Shown here piece after piece: positions 62,063 to 64,000 of a DNA stretch of 64,000 nucleotides. Position 1 is the first letter of the stretch, and each line of letters opens with the position of its first letter. Made by a program: the position numbers and the translations under genes. The stretch covers positions 3,815,777 through 3,879,776 of the forward strand of contig BDGG01000004.1 in NCBI GenBank assembly GCA_001949185.1, given 5' to 3'. A model generated the notes under the pieces. It did not search any database, was not told the origin of the DNA, and was given only the letters and a program-made list of their open reading frames with translations. This DNA is from Ramazzottius varieornatus (Eukaryota > Animalia > Tardigrada).

Positions 62063-63831
62063 TCATTGGTTCAGTGGCTCGTTAAACGTCCACCCGCTCT
62101 CTTCCAAATGGAAAAACTGCAAGAACAACATCGTTTGTACTTTGAGGTCCAGATTCAGCGAAGAACAAAATATTCAACAACACCGTCCGAAGTGACGTCA
62201 CTGCGGACGAGGATTCATCAATCGCGGGAAAAATGGCAGGGCGGTTACGGCAATACGATCCAGCACAGTCACTAGACGGTACCTTACCGCACTTTCGTAC
62301 TTCGTGGGGATTTGAAGTTTGATACCTTACCTTGGTGGGGTAACCAGTAGCGTTAGCTTTCCGTTCTTTCTCGCCTTTCCTCTGCGCATCCTCCAAGGCA
62401 TTCTTCTCGGCAGTGGCTTTAGTTATGTCCTGAACTTTCAAAGCAGCAGTGACATTCTTCCATAACCGCCGAGACTCGAATGGATCCTGCTTGTCGATCG
62501 GACGAACACGTTTCTTTATCACTTGCAGAGTATTCACATCGATATGCTTCAATGTTCCATCCTGCAACAGCGCCCCCAAAGGATTATAGATTGTCAAGAA
62601 GCCCGAAAAACTCCATCACGAAGATCCAACTTCAGTCCTTACCTGTGTCATGGTGAAGTCGTAATTGGAGTTCCATTCGCCATTGACTTTACAAACGGGG
62701 TTCTTCGACTTTTCCGAGAAGACCTCAGCCGTAACACGATGGAGTTTCCCGCCATAGAAAGGCTAAAAGAAGACAGAAAAGAACCGTGATGATTAATGGT
62801 CTGTCACCATTATAATGACAGGAAGCCAGTGATACGGAAACAAAGAGCCATCTTATCGATCTCTAACTCACTTTCGTATGAAAGATAATCTCGGCACTGT
62901 AGCCCGTCTTCTTACATTGTAGAGCCACTTTACCACCCAGTTCGCACCAGGGTACTGTCAGGATGGATCGTGCGTAGGCCGAGGGCAATGTAAACGTGTA
63001 TTCTTCGCCGAATTCCACGAGGAAGAGACTGGCGGTTCCCACTAGATTCACACCGATAGAGAGGCCGTAAAACTTGGACTGGGTGTATATCGAGGCACTC
63101 ATGCAAATCTTCTTTTCCGGACATTCAGCGTAGAAAGCCGTCACTACAAAACAGTACTATAAAGACTCTAAGACACTACTATCGAAAGTCTGCAGTCATT
63201 GCCAACCACGCATCCACCCTTCATACACCTGCATACACTTGGCCATGCAATTTCTGTGACGAAAAAGTATTCAGGTGCGTGAAAGACCGGCCCAGTTGTT
63301 CGAGTTTAAGAGAAAATATGAAAGGAAAGACAGAGGATGGATTAGCACCGGATAACCCAAGTCTTAGTGTATCAAGCTGACTTATCCTGCAGCGGATTAC
63401 GACGGACAGAGTACCGCAACTCTCATTCAGTGTGAAAAGAGGATTACCAGGTGGGTGATGGGACACTTGTTCGCCGACAAATTTGACCCTGAGCTGCTCG
63501 CCGTTCTTCTCTCCTTCGTTGGGAACTTTATACGAGCAATGGAAGGTTTCCCCAATGATGGGATTGTAAGGCTTTTTGGCTTGAGTTCCCTGCGAGACGG
63601 TAAACAGTCAGCATTACCTCGCATTCCATTTTCTCGGGGGAGTAGTAATTATCTCGCACCTACCTTGCGGACGATATGCAGCGAGGTGAGGTACCATTCC
63701 AGGACGCCCAATATTCGTTGTTCCGGCGTTTCCATATCAGCTATCCTCAAGAGGATGTAGGCATGCCCCAAGTAATCGGCAAACATTTCCAGTAACGATC
63801 GACGCTCCAAGATGAATGTCGGCAGCGTGAC
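62063..63831 (-). CDS. Oxysterol-binding protein-related protein, ORP9/10/11 subfamily (3' part; continues beyond the window)
   Basis: [35 protein letters not shown] signature [49 protein letters not shown], and last exon [17 protein letters not shown]. Confidence 0.92.
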
Positions 63832-64000
63832 CTACAGACGAGGAAAACATGAACGCAACCATTACAACATTATTTTTAGTCCCAAGGGGGCAATGCACTA
63901 TCATGGCTCATTGCACTGAAAATTGGAATCTGTTCGGCGAACCCGTTTTATTCACTTCCTTCCTAGGAATGTTCCAAGGAAGACCGTTACGAGGACACAT

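Overview
Gene-dense eukaryotic (invertebrate animal) DNA with many short GT-AG introns of about 50-90 nt, so the ORF track shows only exon fragments. The compactness and gene set suggest a small-genome ecdysozoan such as a tardigrade (inference only). Genes reconstructed by hand, left to right: Rdl-type GABA-gated chloride channel (+), an orphan 284-codon ORF (-), NAA15 (-) head-to-head with SERAC1 (+), PCF11 (-), phosphorylase kinase beta PHKB (-), NAA38/LSMD1 (-), an AMPA-type glutamate receptor (+), a small 4-TM protein (-), XPNPEP3 (+), a putative CACTA-like element spanning an assembly gap, an LMO7/LIMCH1-like CH-LIM gene (-), and the 3' part of an OSBPL10/11-like gene (-). The most striking observation is the NAA38-PHKB junction. 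The NAA38 stop lies 66 nt upstream of, and in frame with, the PHKB ATG. The spacer has no poly(A) signal and holds a 45-nt GT-AG intron candidate whose removal leaves an open in-frame linker after a UGA-C stop, and triplicated splice donors lie upstream of NAA38. This suggests a bicistronic, shared-leader or readthrough unit. Other points of interest are a native A2'S residue in Rdl, His replacing the conserved pore Asp in the AMPA receptor, a degenerate first zinc finger and a candidate truncating exon in PCF11, and several intronic hairpins. No rRNA, tRNA or CRISPR features were seen.
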